A stretch of 64,000 bases of DNA from Bacteroidales bacterium (GTDB lineage Bacteria; Bacteroidota; Bacteroidia; Bacteroidales; VadinHA17), in assembly GCA_035390825.1 (NCBI GenBank), contig DAOOUQ010000003.1, forward strand, positions 105,268-169,267, read 5' to 3'. The notes under the pieces are model-generated. The model ran no database searches. It saw only the letters and a list, made by a program, of their open reading frames with translations, and was not told the origin of the DNA. The translations under genes were made by a program, and so were the position numbers. Positions 30,037-40,102 of this stretch are shown here, one piece after another. How positions within the stretch are numbered: the stretch's first letter is position 1; each line of letters starts with the position of its first letter.

Positions 30037-31354
30037 AACTGGAGTAGAACTCTTTTCGGTATGTAATTTCCTTTTCGGGGAAATGTTTTTTAAATGAATC
30101 AACAGGGGCTGCTCCATGCTGGAAACGCCTTTTCGGGAAAACCGGCATTGTCATACCTGTAATGGCTTTAACTCCTTCAGATACTATCTGCCCCTTGAGT
30201 TCGTACAGTTTCCTGTGATCCCATCCTGTGATTTCGATGAATGGTATGCCTTCAGATACCTCTATGACATTGGGAAGGGTATAAGGGCTGAAAGACTCAA
30301 AACCCAGGCTCTCTCCGGTAGAATATGTCCGCATGAATCCCCTGCTCAGGCCTCCCGAATACGTAAGCGAGTGTTTAATTGAGTCCACTCCCCATCCTTC
30401 ATGATAGAGCATGAGGTTATTCAGAACGCTTTTGATAGTGAGTTCCGGATTTTCTTCAATCGGATAATCCTTCAGATTTTCGTTTCCACCCTCCCCGTCG
30501 ACAATATATTTCCAATCGGGATAACGTAGTCTGATTCCTTTCATCAGAGCCAGGTTCATGGTGGCCGATTCAATATCAAGAGGCTTATAGTCTTCGACTA
30601 TCCTTACTGCTTTTTTCCAGTCAAGTGAAGAATAGCTGGCCTCTATAATTTCAAGGAACAAACCGAGTTCAAGATCATCGAGGAATTTTCTTGCCTGTGC
30701 AAGGTCTTCTCCGCCGCCGTCGACACTCAGGGTGAAAGCTTTCAGCCGTGAAGGGCTCTCCCCGAGTTCCTGCAACGCCTTGTAAACGAGCAGGAACAAT
30801 GCTCCGCTGTCGATGCCTGCAGAAAAAGTAACCCCTATGGGGCCAGAAACAGCCCTCAGCCTTAGCCATTTCTTTATTTCTTCGTACACGGCTCCAATGT
30901 ATTGTTCACCAATTTTTGCCGGATCGTTTGACAATTTGTTACGTTCGGGCCTGAAAAACCTCTGGTACACCGGATTGGGATCGGGACATCCGAGGAGTTC
31001 TATTTTTGTGACATAATGGGCAGGAACCATCCTTGTATACGAAGGATGAAACTGATGGCTGAGGCCTTCTTTCTTAAGGTAATCAAAAATAGTGTCAATC
31101 CTCTCGGCTATAACCAGTTCGGGGCCGCCGGGCCGTTTGGCAATGAAATACCTCATCGGACGTCCTATCGATCTGGCCATCCTTATTGTTTTTCCTTCCA
31201 CGGATACCAGTGAAAACTGACCGTCGATTTTCCTTACCCTTTCAGCATCTCCTGATCTCACACATTCTACTGCCTCCTCATGTGTCATGTTATAAATCAC
31301 ATTCTTTTCCGGATTTGTCAGATCAGTTACCTGGTTTACATATTGATTATTCAT
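30029..31354 (-). CDS. Asparagine synthetase B-like adenylating enzyme lacking the N-terminal glutaminase Cys (beta-lactam-synthetase-like architecture)
   Basis: 441 aa with a PP-loop-like motif (VTFSAGIDSGALF) and a degenerate GATase-2 remnant (IDGQFSLV). The N-terminus is MNNQ rather than MC. Confidence 0.72.
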   Translation of the reverse strand: MNNQYVNQVTDLTNPEKNVIYNMTHEEAVECVRSGDAERVRKIDGQFSLVSVEGKTIRMARSIGRPMRYFIAKRPGGPELVIAERIDTIFDYLKKEGLSHQFHPSYTRMVPAHYVTKIELLGCPDPNPVYQRFFRPERNKLSNDPAKIGEQYIGAVYEEIKKWLRLRAVSGPIGVTFSAGIDSGALFLLVYKALQELGESPSRLKAFTLSVDGGGEDLAQARKFLDDLELGLFLEIIEASYSSLDWKKAVRIVEDYKPLDIESATMNLALMKGIRLRYPDWKYIVDGEGGNENLKDYPIEENPELTIKSVLNNLMLYHEGWGVDSIKHSLTYSGGLSRGFMRTYSTGESLGFESFSPYTLPNVIEVSEGIPFIEITGWDHRKLYELKGQIVSEGVKAITGMTMPVFPKRRFQHGAAPVDSFKKHFPEKEITYRKEFYSSYE

Positions 31355-31465
31355 ATAGCATAGATTTAAGTTGGTTCATATTTAAATACTTTAAGTGCCC
31401 GGTGCACTTGAGGTACCTGGAGTTTATTTAAAGCACTCTGTACTTTAGCTCATCCGTACCTTCAT

Positions 31466-33160
31466 TTATATTATTCCTTTTCCCTGTTTTATCGTGATAT
31501 ACCTGTCAGCGGGTACATTCCTGTAAATTTCTTTCTGTCCGTCACTCCAGTGTATCTCAAGCGTATCAACAGATTTTGCATTTGCCAGACCTATATGTAT
31601 CCGTGGATCATTGTTTGAAAGATAGCTTGTTGCCCACTGGTTAACGAAAACCTGTCTTTTCCCTCCGGAAACCGCAACAACTTTTGCTGCTATTGCAGAG
31701 GACGGGCCGTTTTTGCCCTTCAGGTTAATACCCAGCCAGTGATTTGAATTGCCGCCATCATTCCTGAGCAGAGTTGCCGTTGCTTTCAGGTCAACGTGTG
31801 ATATAATAATATCCATATCACCGTCATTGTCATAATCCGAGACTGCCAGCCCCCTGCCTGACCGTTTCGTCGCGAAATAGGGACTGTATTTTTTCCCGGC
31901 ATCCGTGAAATGGCCCTTTCCGTCATTTTCAAGAAGAATGGGATACTGAAGGATCAGTTCTTCTGCTGTACCATTGGCAGAAACAATATCCTGATCACCG
32001 TCATTGTCAAAGTCAAGGAACGCGGCAGCCCAGGCGCCTTTTCCTGCGAGGGGGCCTGACACTCCGCTTGATTCCGTGATGTCCTCAAAGAATCCGTTCC
32101 CCAGGTTGCGGTATAGCGCGCCATATTCAAGATCAACGACGAGGATATCAAGAAGGCCGTCTCCGTCAACGTCTCCGACAGAACCGTGCATAGATCCGCT
32201 TCCTTTGCCCTGGCTGTTTGCCGCAACTCCAATTTCAACGCCGACTTCCTTAAAAGTCCCGTTGTCATTTCTGAACATGAAATTCAGCTGATGATCGTTA
32301 GCCTGAAAAATATCAATGTCGCCATCGTTGTCATAGTCAAAGACAGTGAGTCCCATGCATTTTGAATCGGGATAAAAGAGGTTGTTCTTCTGTGTCACGT
32401 CAACGAATTTTCCCCCCGGAGTCTGTTCATAAAGCATAGACGCCTGTCCTTTGTATTCAGAGGGATGAGGCATTATGTCGGGCGTGGCGGGCGTGAAATA
32501 ATCCGGATCGAAGGCAAGGAAGTTGCCAACCATTGCATCCAGTCTCCCGTCCATGTTATAATCCCAGAAGGAAACGCCGATGCTCCATTTTACAAAACCA
32601 TTAAGTTTTTCCGGACCTCTCAGGCCGAGCTGATCCGTAATATCTGTAAATGTCCCGTTGCCGTTATTCCTGAAAAACACATTCGGACCGTAATTAAGAA
32701 GATAAAGATCCTCGTCGCCATCATTATCATAATCTATTGCCCCTGCTGCCATGCTCCAGTTCAGGTCGCCAACTCCTGCATCAGCAGTTACATCAGTGAA
32801 AGTACCGTCACCATTGTTCCTGTACAGCCTGTCGGGTGTATTGGCGAATTTTCTGCCTTCTTTATCTGATACGCCATCGATATATGTTCCGTTAAGCATA
32901 TAAAGGTCCATCAGGCCGTCGGCGTTATAATCAAATACAGTCACTCCCGATCCGCTGCTCTCAAGGATGTTTTTGTACGAAAGGTCGCCGAATGTATACC
33001 TGAAATTGATTCCGGCTCTTTTTGTAACGTCAGTGAACTGTACAATTTTCTTCTGATCAGCTGAAGTGCAGAGAATCGTTACCAAGAGCACAACTAATGA
33101 ATACCTGAATCTCAAAATCTTCAAACATGAAACGGTTTTGTTGAATATTTCACCTGTCAT
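31466..33160 (-). CDS. CRTAC1-family protein (FG-GAP/VCBS repeats + ASPIC/UnbV C-terminal domain)
   Basis: 564 aa with repeated DxDxDGxxD Ca-binding loops (DYNADGLMDLY, DYDNDGDEDLY, DFDNDGDQDI, DYDNDGDMDI). The C-terminus HWLGINLKGKNG...NDPRIHIGLA...LEIHWSDG is ASPIC/UnbV-like. Confidence 0.85.
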   Translation of the reverse strand: MTGEIFNKTVSCLKILRFRYSLVVLLVTILCTSADQKKIVQFTDVTKRAGINFRYTFGDLSYKNILESSGSGVTVFDYNADGLMDLYMLNGTYIDGVSDKEGRKFANTPDRLYRNNGDGTFTDVTADAGVGDLNWSMAAGAIDYDNDGDEDLYLLNYGPNVFFRNNGNGTFTDITDQLGLRGPEKLNGFVKWSIGVSFWDYNMDGRLDAMVGNFLAFDPDYFTPATPDIMPHPSEYKGQASMLYEQTPGGKFVDVTQKNNLFYPDSKCMGLTVFDYDNDGDIDIFQANDHQLNFMFRNDNGTFKEVGVEIGVAANSQGKGSGSMHGSVGDVDGDGLLDILVVDLEYGALYRNLGNGFFEDITESSGVSGPLAGKGAWAAAFLDFDNDGDQDIVSANGTAEELILQYPILLENDGKGHFTDAGKKYSPYFATKRSGRGLAVSDYDNDGDMDIIISHVDLKATATLLRNDGGNSNHWLGINLKGKNGPSSAIAAKVVAVSGGKRQVFVNQWATSYLSNNDPRIHIGLANAKSVDTLEIHWSDGQKEIYRNVPADRYITIKQGKGII

Positions 33161-36100
33161 TTCCTCTCAGCGCATTAATGTATTCATTCCCGGTAACGAC
33201 TCGTGTGTTGTACTTTTTGTTGTATTCTCTTAGCTCTCTGCTGTCAGGATATGCATCCTCTGCCGAAGGCGGATAGTTTTTCATGCCATGGAAGGGCAGG
33301 GGCAGAACTGTATTCCCGAAAGCTGTATTGAGATCGCCATCTTTTACCCACCCTACACTATGTATGAGGAAATCCCGTTTCCAGCCTTCAGGGAGTGCAG
33401 GCAGATCTTTTTCACTGAACTCGATCGTAGTTTCATCTCCGGCGTTCGTTATGGCATATTGGTTATCCGGCTTTGTCAGAAGAGGCAAAACGTCCCCGAA
33501 TCGCGTATAATTGCCTGTGAGATCTCTCCATTTTGGCCCTTTCTCGACAGATGAATAATCAAACCAGTGGGGACCGTAACGGCCACCTTTCCTGTATAGT
33601 TTTGAAAATCCCCTGTAATGCAGGTCGGCCCGCAAAGGATCGATTACAGTGGTTACAGCAGGAATTCCGGGAACGGATGAGGCAAAGAAAATCTCATCCC
33701 AGTAAATCTGCATATTTGTCCTTATTCTTAACCTGTGGTCTTTTGTAATAAATTTCCCGGAAAGGTTAACTATAACCGTTTTGTCTTTCCCCATCGGGAA
33801 CCCTATGTTATCAGCTATTGTTTCCCATTCGCCTTTTTCGTTTACAGCCTGAATGACCGGGGGGTGTGATTCAGGCAAATCTGATTGTGCCATGGCAAAG
33901 TTTATGCTTGCATCTGTTGGGAATATCCATCCAGTCATGAATAAATAAAGATCGGGATTGTTTCCAGATTCGCCGGCATCAATAACTATGTCTCTCATTT
34001 CGGTTATTCCCTGGTATTTTCCTGTTTTAAAATCGGAGAGATATTTATCGTCTTTCTTTTCGATGAATGGAAGGATATCATTTCCTTCTCCATCGATTGC
34101 TGAAACAGGGGCTCTTTTACCATTGATCTTAATTATCTGAAGACCGGGAAATGGAGGAGGAGAGAACTGTTCAGGGACAAAAATATCCGAATTTGCCGGA
34201 TGGTCGACAGCAACCAGTTGTATCTGGTCAAGATAGATTGTCTCCCATAACTCCGAAGTAACCTGAATGGAGTATTTACCTTGTCTGGGTTTAAGTAACT
34301 CACCAGGGATCTTGATATAGTCGTCTGAGGCATCTGCAAAGGCATATGCCGTGTTCCCTCCCATGATACCTGTAGGCATTCCAAGTGCGCTTCTCCATAG
34401 AATATCCTTTACAAAGGTATACTCCTCACCGTTCCAGGTATAAAGGAAGGGACATGACCCTTTGAGAGTCTGTTCTTCGATCAGGGCCTGGTCTGAACCC
34501 GGCATGAAAATATTCTGAGGCACTCCGTTCGTCCATCTTATTCTTATAATGTCGGCTCTTGACCTGTTTCCTATTCCAAAATGAATATTTGGATCGGTTA
34601 CGACCAAAGTCTGGTAAAGATCTCCTGCCCTTACTTCAATTTTAGCTCCGATACCGAAGTGATTGTTTTTTGCGCTGCCTGCCTTCAGACCGACCAGTTT
34701 CATTGTAATGAAATGGTTGTTGTTGCCTCCATCGTTCCTTAAGAGAGTTACCCCGCCATTTGTACCTGCAACAACGGCATCAATGTCGCCGTCATCGTTA
34801 TAATCAAACAGGGTTATTTGTTTGCCGGAGTTAAGTTCCTGTGGCAAAAGTTGTGATACATCCCTGAAAATGCCATGGCCGTCGTTATATAAAAGGAACA
34901 TTGCTTTCCGGCCTTTTTCAACTGATTCGCCTGCAACCAACAGATCAAGAAATCCGTCATTGTTAAAGTCAAGGAATTTAGCATCATGCACTTTTATGGC
35001 ATCAAGTGCAGAGAATAGTTTTTCGTTTGACTTACTGGCCAGGAATTTTCCATCACGCTGGTTGACATAGAGGTTGTTTTTATTACCATTATCTGAACCA
35101 ATAAACAAGTCAAGGTATCCGTCATTGTTGAAATCACCGGCCGTAATTACAGATGCTCCCTTTAAATCTTGGAGGCCGCTGCCCTGAACAATATCCCTGT
35201 AAACACCCTGGCGCTGATTTGAGTAATATGCCGGAATTCCATCTTCATTCACAACGATGAAGTCGACATCCTCATCATCGTCAAAGTCTCCGAATACTGC
35301 ACCCCCTGGATGAATTGTCCCCGGCTGTTGTCCGAGCCGTTGCGACTGATCCTGAAACGTTCCGTCGCCTTCATTGCGGAGGTAGAGATTCCTGTCGCCG
35401 AGTATTTCCAATATATCGAGATCACCATCGTGATCCATATCAAATGCGAGGGCTGACCTTCCTCCTGTTCTGCTGCCGGCTCCTGATTGTGCCGTTACAT
35501 CTTCAAAAGTTCCCTTCCCGGTATTTTTGTAAAGGATATCGCCGCCTTCCGTCATTATGAAAAGGTCCTCATATCCGTCATTGTCAAAATCGGCAAAAAG
35601 AGCTGAGTTTTCTTTGCCTGAATGTTTAAGTCCGGCCGCCTTTGTCACGTCCGTAAATTTTCCCATCTCATTGTTGAGAAGGAAATGCCTGTATGTTGAT
35701 GAAGCTTTGTCATAGCTGCCTGCATATATATCTATATCTCCGTCGCCGTCGTAGTCGCAGGTCTCGACATGTGCAGAATAATCTGATCCCGGAGATCCGC
35801 TGCCCCCTGATGAGGATACTATATCCAAACCGGCAGCAGATGAAGCATCTGTGAATTTAATAACATCGAGAAGAGATTCATTTTCGACCGCCCGTGTTGA
35901 CGGCTGTCTGTCGAAAGTGATGACTGGGAATCCGATAAGTGAGCCTCCGGGTCCTTTCAGATCCATGATACCGGCCTGGTAGGGAGAGGTTACTTTCAGG
36001 TAGTTGTGAAAGATTGTATACTGGATCACAGCATTGTCTTTGTCCTTTTTTCTAAGGAGGGAAACTGTTTTGTTGTAATATTCTACGGCTTCCTTGGGGA

Positions 36101-36716
36101 ATTCAGGGAATTGCTTGTTAATGATCTCCATTTGTTCAAGTGCCTTGTCAAGTTCCCCGTTACGGATAAGAATATCGGTCAGGCTAAGCCGTGGGACCAG
36201 ATTGGCCGGAGCTTTTTCAACGAGTGTGTGCAGGTAATTTTCGCGCTGCCTTGCCGAACCTGAGTCAGGCATTGTAGAATAGAGTTCAGTGATCTCATAA
36301 AGGATCTTTAAATGCCCGGGAGCAAATTCGAGAGCCTTTTTCAGTTCGGAAACAGCCTTTTCCTTTTCATTGTTCATCTTAAATACTGTTGCCAGAATAA
36401 GTCTGACATCCGGATCCTGTGCATCGATTTTTATGGCCTTGTTAAGCTCTTTTTCTGCCTCGGGGTATTTCGCCATTCTCAGATAGGTAAGTCCGAGGTT
36501 GGCATATCCGAACTTATCTCCGGGCGCGAGGTCAATGAATTTCCTGAATTGCTGTTCCGCATCTTCAAGCTTAAACTCTTCAAGATAAGCAAGTCCGAGG
36601 GTTTTGACAGTGATAAGATCCGTCAGTTTGTCTCCTGATTTATTGCCGCCATTCCTGCATCCCCCGGATAAAATAACGCAGAAAGCGGCAAGAAGCAAAA
36701 TATTCCTGTTTTTCAT
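33150..36716 (-). CDS. TPR + FG-GAP/VCBS + ASPIC/UnbV lipoprotein with a ~480-aa uncharacterised C-terminal extension
   Basis: Lipobox (ILSGGC), N-terminal TPR-like repeats, multiple DxDxDG loops and an ASPIC block (NHFITMKLVG...IHFGIGN...IRIRWTNG), followed by a long unassigned tail. An alternative ATG at 36746 overlaps the upstream stop. Confidence 0.85.
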   Translation of the reverse strand: MKNRNILLLAAFCVILSGGCRNGGNKSGDKLTDLITVKTLGLAYLEEFKLEDAEQQFRKFIDLAPGDKFGYANLGLTYLRMAKYPEAEKELNKAIKIDAQDPDVRLILATVFKMNNEKEKAVSELKKALEFAPGHLKILYEITELYSTMPDSGSARQRENYLHTLVEKAPANLVPRLSLTDILIRNGELDKALEQMEIINKQFPEFPKEAVEYYNKTVSLLRKKDKDNAVIQYTIFHNYLKVTSPYQAGIMDLKGPGGSLIGFPVITFDRQPSTRAVENESLLDVIKFTDASSAAGLDIVSSSGGSGSPGSDYSAHVETCDYDGDGDIDIYAGSYDKASSTYRHFLLNNEMGKFTDVTKAAGLKHSGKENSALFADFDNDGYEDLFIMTEGGDILYKNTGKGTFEDVTAQSGAGSRTGGRSALAFDMDHDGDLDILEILGDRNLYLRNEGDGTFQDQSQRLGQQPGTIHPGGAVFGDFDDDEDVDFIVVNEDGIPAYYSNQRQGVYRDIVQGSGLQDLKGASVITAGDFNNDGYLDLFIGSDNGNKNNLYVNQRDGKFLASKSNEKLFSALDAIKVHDAKFLDFNNDGFLDLLVAGESVEKGRKAMFLLYNDGHGIFRDVSQLLPQELNSGKQITLFDYNDDGDIDAVVAGTNGGVTLLRNDGGNNNHFITMKLVGLKAGSAKNNHFGIGAKIEVRAGDLYQTLVVTDPNIHFGIGNRSRADIIRIRWTNGVPQNIFMPGSDQALIEEQTLKGSCPFLYTWNGEEYTFVKDILWRSALGMPTGIMGGNTAYAFADASDDYIKIPGELLKPRQGKYSIQVTSELWETIYLDQIQLVAVDHPANSDIFVPEQFSPPPFPGLQIIKINGKRAPVSAIDGEGNDILPFIEKKDDKYLSDFKTGKYQGITEMRDIVIDAGESGNNPDLYLFMTGWIFPTDASINFAMAQSDLPESHPPVIQAVNEKGEWETIADNIGFPMGKDKTVIVNLSGKFITKDHRLRIRTNMQIYWDEIFFASSVPGIPAVTTVIDPLRADLHYRGFSKLYRKGGRYGPHWFDYSSVEKGPKWRDLTGNYTRFGDVLPLLTKPDNQYAITNAGDETTIEFSEKDLPALPEGWKRDFLIHSVGWVKDGDLNTAFGNTVLPLPFHGMKNYPPSAEDAYPDSRELREYNKKYNTRVVTGNEYINALRGNDR

Positions 36717-36745
36717 AACATCAAAATTAGCAATAAAAGGGAACA

Positions 36746-37858
36746 TTATTCAGGTTTATAAGGAACTCCTTCCTTCAGTGTCATTATACCGAAATCTCCA
36801 ATTCTGTTACCTTTGTCATCGAAACTTATCCGGCCTGTAACACCACTATAGATCATGCTCTTCACTGTTTTCTGAATAAGCTCCCTGTCGTTAACTCCCG
36901 ATTTCTTTATTGCTTCAATAAGCAAGCCAGTGGCATCATACGAAAATGAAGCCATCATACCCGGAAATACTCCATATGTGACGAAGTAAGCTTTTTTAAA
37001 ATCATTATTTTCCTTATTGTTCCAGTTGCCTGATGCCACACGGATTTTATTGTCAAAAACCCCAATTTCAGCTGGGGTTAATATGTTCTCATTGGCAGCA
37101 AGAAGAGAAGAAAAAATATTAATCTCCGGTTTCTTTTCAGATAATATTTCCGTAATTACTTTTGAAATTTCCGGAGTGCAGAACAGAACGATGCATTCAG
37201 TCTCTGATTTAGCTATTTTCTCGGCAATCATTTCAGCATCATTTCCCGATTCAACTGTGTAGTAGAATGAGGGATCATGTTTCCCTGCAGCTTTTATTTC
37301 TTTCAGAAATGTAGCTGAAGCCATATCTGAGTCATAGTCTTTAGCGGAAACGACAGTTATCTTATTGAAACTATGTTTATTGTATATTGAGTAAATAATG
37401 GATCGGGCTTGCTGCCGGTCGGTCGGCACACAATTAAAAAACCAAGGTACAAAAGCCTGGGAAAGAGTAGGGTCAGAAGACCAGGCTGAAACATAAGGTA
37501 CTATTGATTTTGTCGCAGCCTGTTCAACAAGGTGGGCGTTCCTTCCGTCGTGGCAGCCTGTCAGAGCCCAAACTTTTTCCTCAAAAATAAGGTCTACAGC
37601 TTGTTTTGACCCTGTTCCCCAGGGTCCTTCCATCGATCTGACGATCAGGCTGAATTTTTTCCCGTTGAAACCACCTTCAAGGTTGGCCTTGCGTATTGCC
37701 AGTTCTGCTCCCCTGACAGCAGCCTCTGATTCTTTGTCCTGTATCAGCAGGCCTATTTTTATCGTATCATCCTTCCGGTCACCGCCGGGGAATGGCAAAG
37801 GTATATTAAAACCGGTCAGGGCCAGAAAAATGCCGGCAAGGAGTATAGGATAATTCAT
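36746..37858 (-). CDS. Type-I periplasmic binding protein (LivK/Peripla_BP_6-like), orphan
   Basis: 370 aa with a signal peptide and a LivK-like N-terminus (IKIGLLIQDKESEAAVRGAELAIRKAN). No ABC permease or ATPase gene is nearby. Confidence 0.72.
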   Translation of the reverse strand: MNYPILLAGIFLALTGFNIPLPFPGGDRKDDTIKIGLLIQDKESEAAVRGAELAIRKANLEGGFNGKKFSLIVRSMEGPWGTGSKQAVDLIFEEKVWALTGCHDGRNAHLVEQAATKSIVPYVSAWSSDPTLSQAFVPWFFNCVPTDRQQARSIIYSIYNKHSFNKITVVSAKDYDSDMASATFLKEIKAAGKHDPSFYYTVESGNDAEMIAEKIAKSETECIVLFCTPEISKVITEILSEKKPEINIFSSLLAANENILTPAEIGVFDNKIRVASGNWNNKENNDFKKAYFVTYGVFPGMMASFSYDATGLLIEAIKKSGVNDRELIQKTVKSMIYSGVTGRISFDDKGNRIGDFGIMTLKEGVPYKPE

Positions 37859-37877
37859 CTGTCTTCTCCAAACGCCA

Positions 37878-38762
37878 TCATATCAGTGAAGGTTCAGGTT
37901 TTGCTAGTTTCCTGCCGACTGCCCGTGCAATCTTGTCAAGGTCGGTCATCAGGGCAGAAAACTCTTCAGGGTTGATTGACTGGTGCCCGTCGCAAAGTGC
38001 CTCTTCAGGGTTATAATGGACTTCCATTATGAGACCGTCGGCACCGGCTGCTATGGCAGCTTTTGCCATTGTCGGAACCATCCATCGGAGGCCTGTGCCG
38101 TGGCTCGGATCGACTATTACCGGAAGATGGCTTAAATGCTTAAGCATGGGAACCGCACTGAGATCAAGTGTATTACGTGTAGTTGTTTCAAAAGTACGTA
38201 TGCCTCTTTCGCAGAGAACCACCTGGTCGTTACCCTGGCTAAGTATATATTCAGCGGCAAGCAGGAATTCTTCAATAGTTGCCATCATGCCCCTTTTGAG
38301 CAGAACAGGTTTTTTCTGCATTCCCACTTCCTTGAGCAGCACGAAATTCTGCATGTTTCTTGATCCGACCTGGAGCATGTCGGCATATTCAGAAACGAAT
38401 TCTACATGCCGTGTATCCATAACCTCCGTAACGAAAGGCAGTCCTGTTTCGAGACTGATCTCCTTAAGTAATTTTATGCCTTCACTTCCAAGGCCCTGAA
38501 AATTATAGGGAGAGGAACGTGGCTTAAAAGCGCCTCCCCTTAATATAAGCCCTCCTGATATTTTAACTGCATATGCAGTTTCTCTCAGCTGTTCAGAGCT
38601 TTCAACAGCACATGGACCGGCAATGACAACAACCCCGTTAGGACCGATTTTGAGTCCGCCCACATTTACCTCAGAGGCTTCGGAATTTGATCTCCTGCGA
38701 ACCTTGGAAGGCACTGAACATCCCCCTGATATTGACGGATCATTATTTCTGTTTGATTCCAT
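37878..38762 (-). CDS. aroF: 3-deoxy-7-phosphoheptulonate (DAHP) synthase, class I-beta, with a ~45-aa N-terminal extension
   Basis: Motifs [34 protein letters not shown] and VDPSHG are diagnostic of the KDO8PS-like DAHP synthase family. Confidence 0.88.
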   Translation of the reverse strand: MESNRNNDPSISGGCSVPSKVRRRSNSEASEVNVGGLKIGPNGVVVIAGPCAVESSEQLRETAYAVKISGGLILRGGAFKPRSSPYNFQGLGSEGIKLLKEISLETGLPFVTEVMDTRHVEFVSEYADMLQVGSRNMQNFVLLKEVGMQKKPVLLKRGMMATIEEFLLAAEYILSQGNDQVVLCERGIRTFETTTRNTLDLSAVPMLKHLSHLPVIVDPSHGTGLRWMVPTMAKAAIAAGADGLIMEVHYNPEEALCDGHQSINPEEFSALMTDLDKIARAVGRKLAKPEPSLI

Positions 38763-38778
38763 TTTTTTATTTCTTAAG

Positions 38779-40092
38779 CTATTGATAAGCCACCCTGGGT
38801 TTCTTATAAATTACATTTTCCTTTTCCCACCGCGGGGCAGGAGAGAAGTGAAATTTTCCGTTACTTACCTTTGCCAGGTAAATAGGCCTGATATTATTCC
38901 ATGTACCGTCAAAAACAACTTTGCCTGTTACACCCTGATAACCCTGGAAGGTTTTAAGGTCTGTCAGGATATCACGTATGAGAGCTCTGTTCAGGCCTGC
39001 TTTCCTGATGGCTTCAATTATTATATTCATGCCATCGTAAGCATGTGCCGCAAATACATCAGGTTCCATACCAAATCTCTCTCTGAATCTTTTTCTGAAA
39101 GCTATAAGAGCCGGGTCATTGGAGTCAGGGTTATACTGACATGTAGTTATTAAGCCCTCAGCGAGATTCCCAGTCTCTTTAAGGAATTTCTCGTTTACCA
39201 TTCTATCAGATCCGTAAACCGGCTGATTCAGGCCCATAGCTCTCAGCTGTTGAAGAATAAGTGCTGATTCTCTTGCATTACCCCATATGAGAACAGCATC
39301 AGGGGATGTCTTCTTTACTCTTTCGATCTGGGCCTTAAAATCAGATTCTCCGTCGCTGAATCTTTCTTCTATAATAATGGGGAAACCTATTCTTGTAGCT
39401 GAGCGGTTGAAATGAAGAGTCCCGACTCTGCCATAACGGTTGTTGGCTCTGATTACTGCAACGCGTTTATGTTTGTCTTTATTGAAGATCTGGTCAACAA
39501 GCACGTAGCTGCTTTGCCTGTCGTCGGGGATTGTCCTTATCACCCATGGAATATTTGTTTCGGTGAATGTCGGATCGGGATCACCTGTGTTAACATTGGG
39601 GATTTCGAGTTTCAGGGTAGCTCTTATTGCAACATGAGAAACAATGTCATCGATTGATCCCAGCCATGCCCATACTCCCTCGTCATCCATTTTTACAACC
39701 TCATTGGCTGCTGCTCCCCAAAGCCCGACATCATTATGGATCATAAGTTTGAACGGCATACCCTTGTAGCCTCCCTTTTTATTGGCTTCCTCTATTGCCA
39801 AAGTAGCTCCGTGAAGCATCTGTTCGCCAAGGTCCTGAATTATAGAACCCTCAAGAGGTCCGAGGAACCCTATCCTTACTTCTGTCAGATTGGTTGGAGG
39901 CAGTTTTTCACGACCGGCACCGTAGAATTTCATGGGTTCCAGAAAATGATATTTATAAGCCTTCATATACCTGTCATATGCTACTAGTTCATCAGGTATA
40001 TTACCATAATTTGAAGGTAATTGCTGCCCTGACAATATTGAACATGTTGTTGTCAGGATCAGGAATGTCAGAATCCGGTAATGGGTTTTCAT
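38779..40092 (-). CDS. Type-I periplasmic binding protein (LivK/Peripla_BP_6-like), orphan, second copy
   Basis: 437 aa with a signal peptide and LivK-like blocks ([12 protein letters not shown]...[14 protein letters not shown]). Confidence 0.72.
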   Translation of the reverse strand: MKTHYRILTFLILTTTCSILSGQQLPSNYGNIPDELVAYDRYMKAYKYHFLEPMKFYGAGREKLPPTNLTEVRIGFLGPLEGSIIQDLGEQMLHGATLAIEEANKKGGYKGMPFKLMIHNDVGLWGAAANEVVKMDDEGVWAWLGSIDDIVSHVAIRATLKLEIPNVNTGDPDPTFTETNIPWVIRTIPDDRQSSYVLVDQIFNKDKHKRVAVIRANNRYGRVGTLHFNRSATRIGFPIIIEERFSDGESDFKAQIERVKKTSPDAVLIWGNARESALILQQLRAMGLNQPVYGSDRMVNEKFLKETGNLAEGLITTCQYNPDSNDPALIAFRKRFRERFGMEPDVFAAHAYDGMNIIIEAIRKAGLNRALIRDILTDLKTFQGYQGVTGKVVFDGTWNNIRPIYLAKVSNGKFHFSPAPRWEKENVIYKKPRVAYQ

Positions 40093-40102
40093 ATTTTTTT
40101 GT

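Noticed and set aside
30029-30117. An 89-nt overlap between the AsnB-like gene and the radical SAM gene.
   Set aside because: It is probably an artefact of taking the longest ORF. An internal ATG at 30036 gives a conventional 8-nt coupled overlap. The longer start cannot be excluded without comparative data.
38029-39153. Plus-strand ORFs of 156 aa and 176 aa across the DAHP synthase / binding-protein junction.
   Set aside because: They are antisense to well-supported genes and have Ser/Pro/Leu-rich composition typical of shadow frames.
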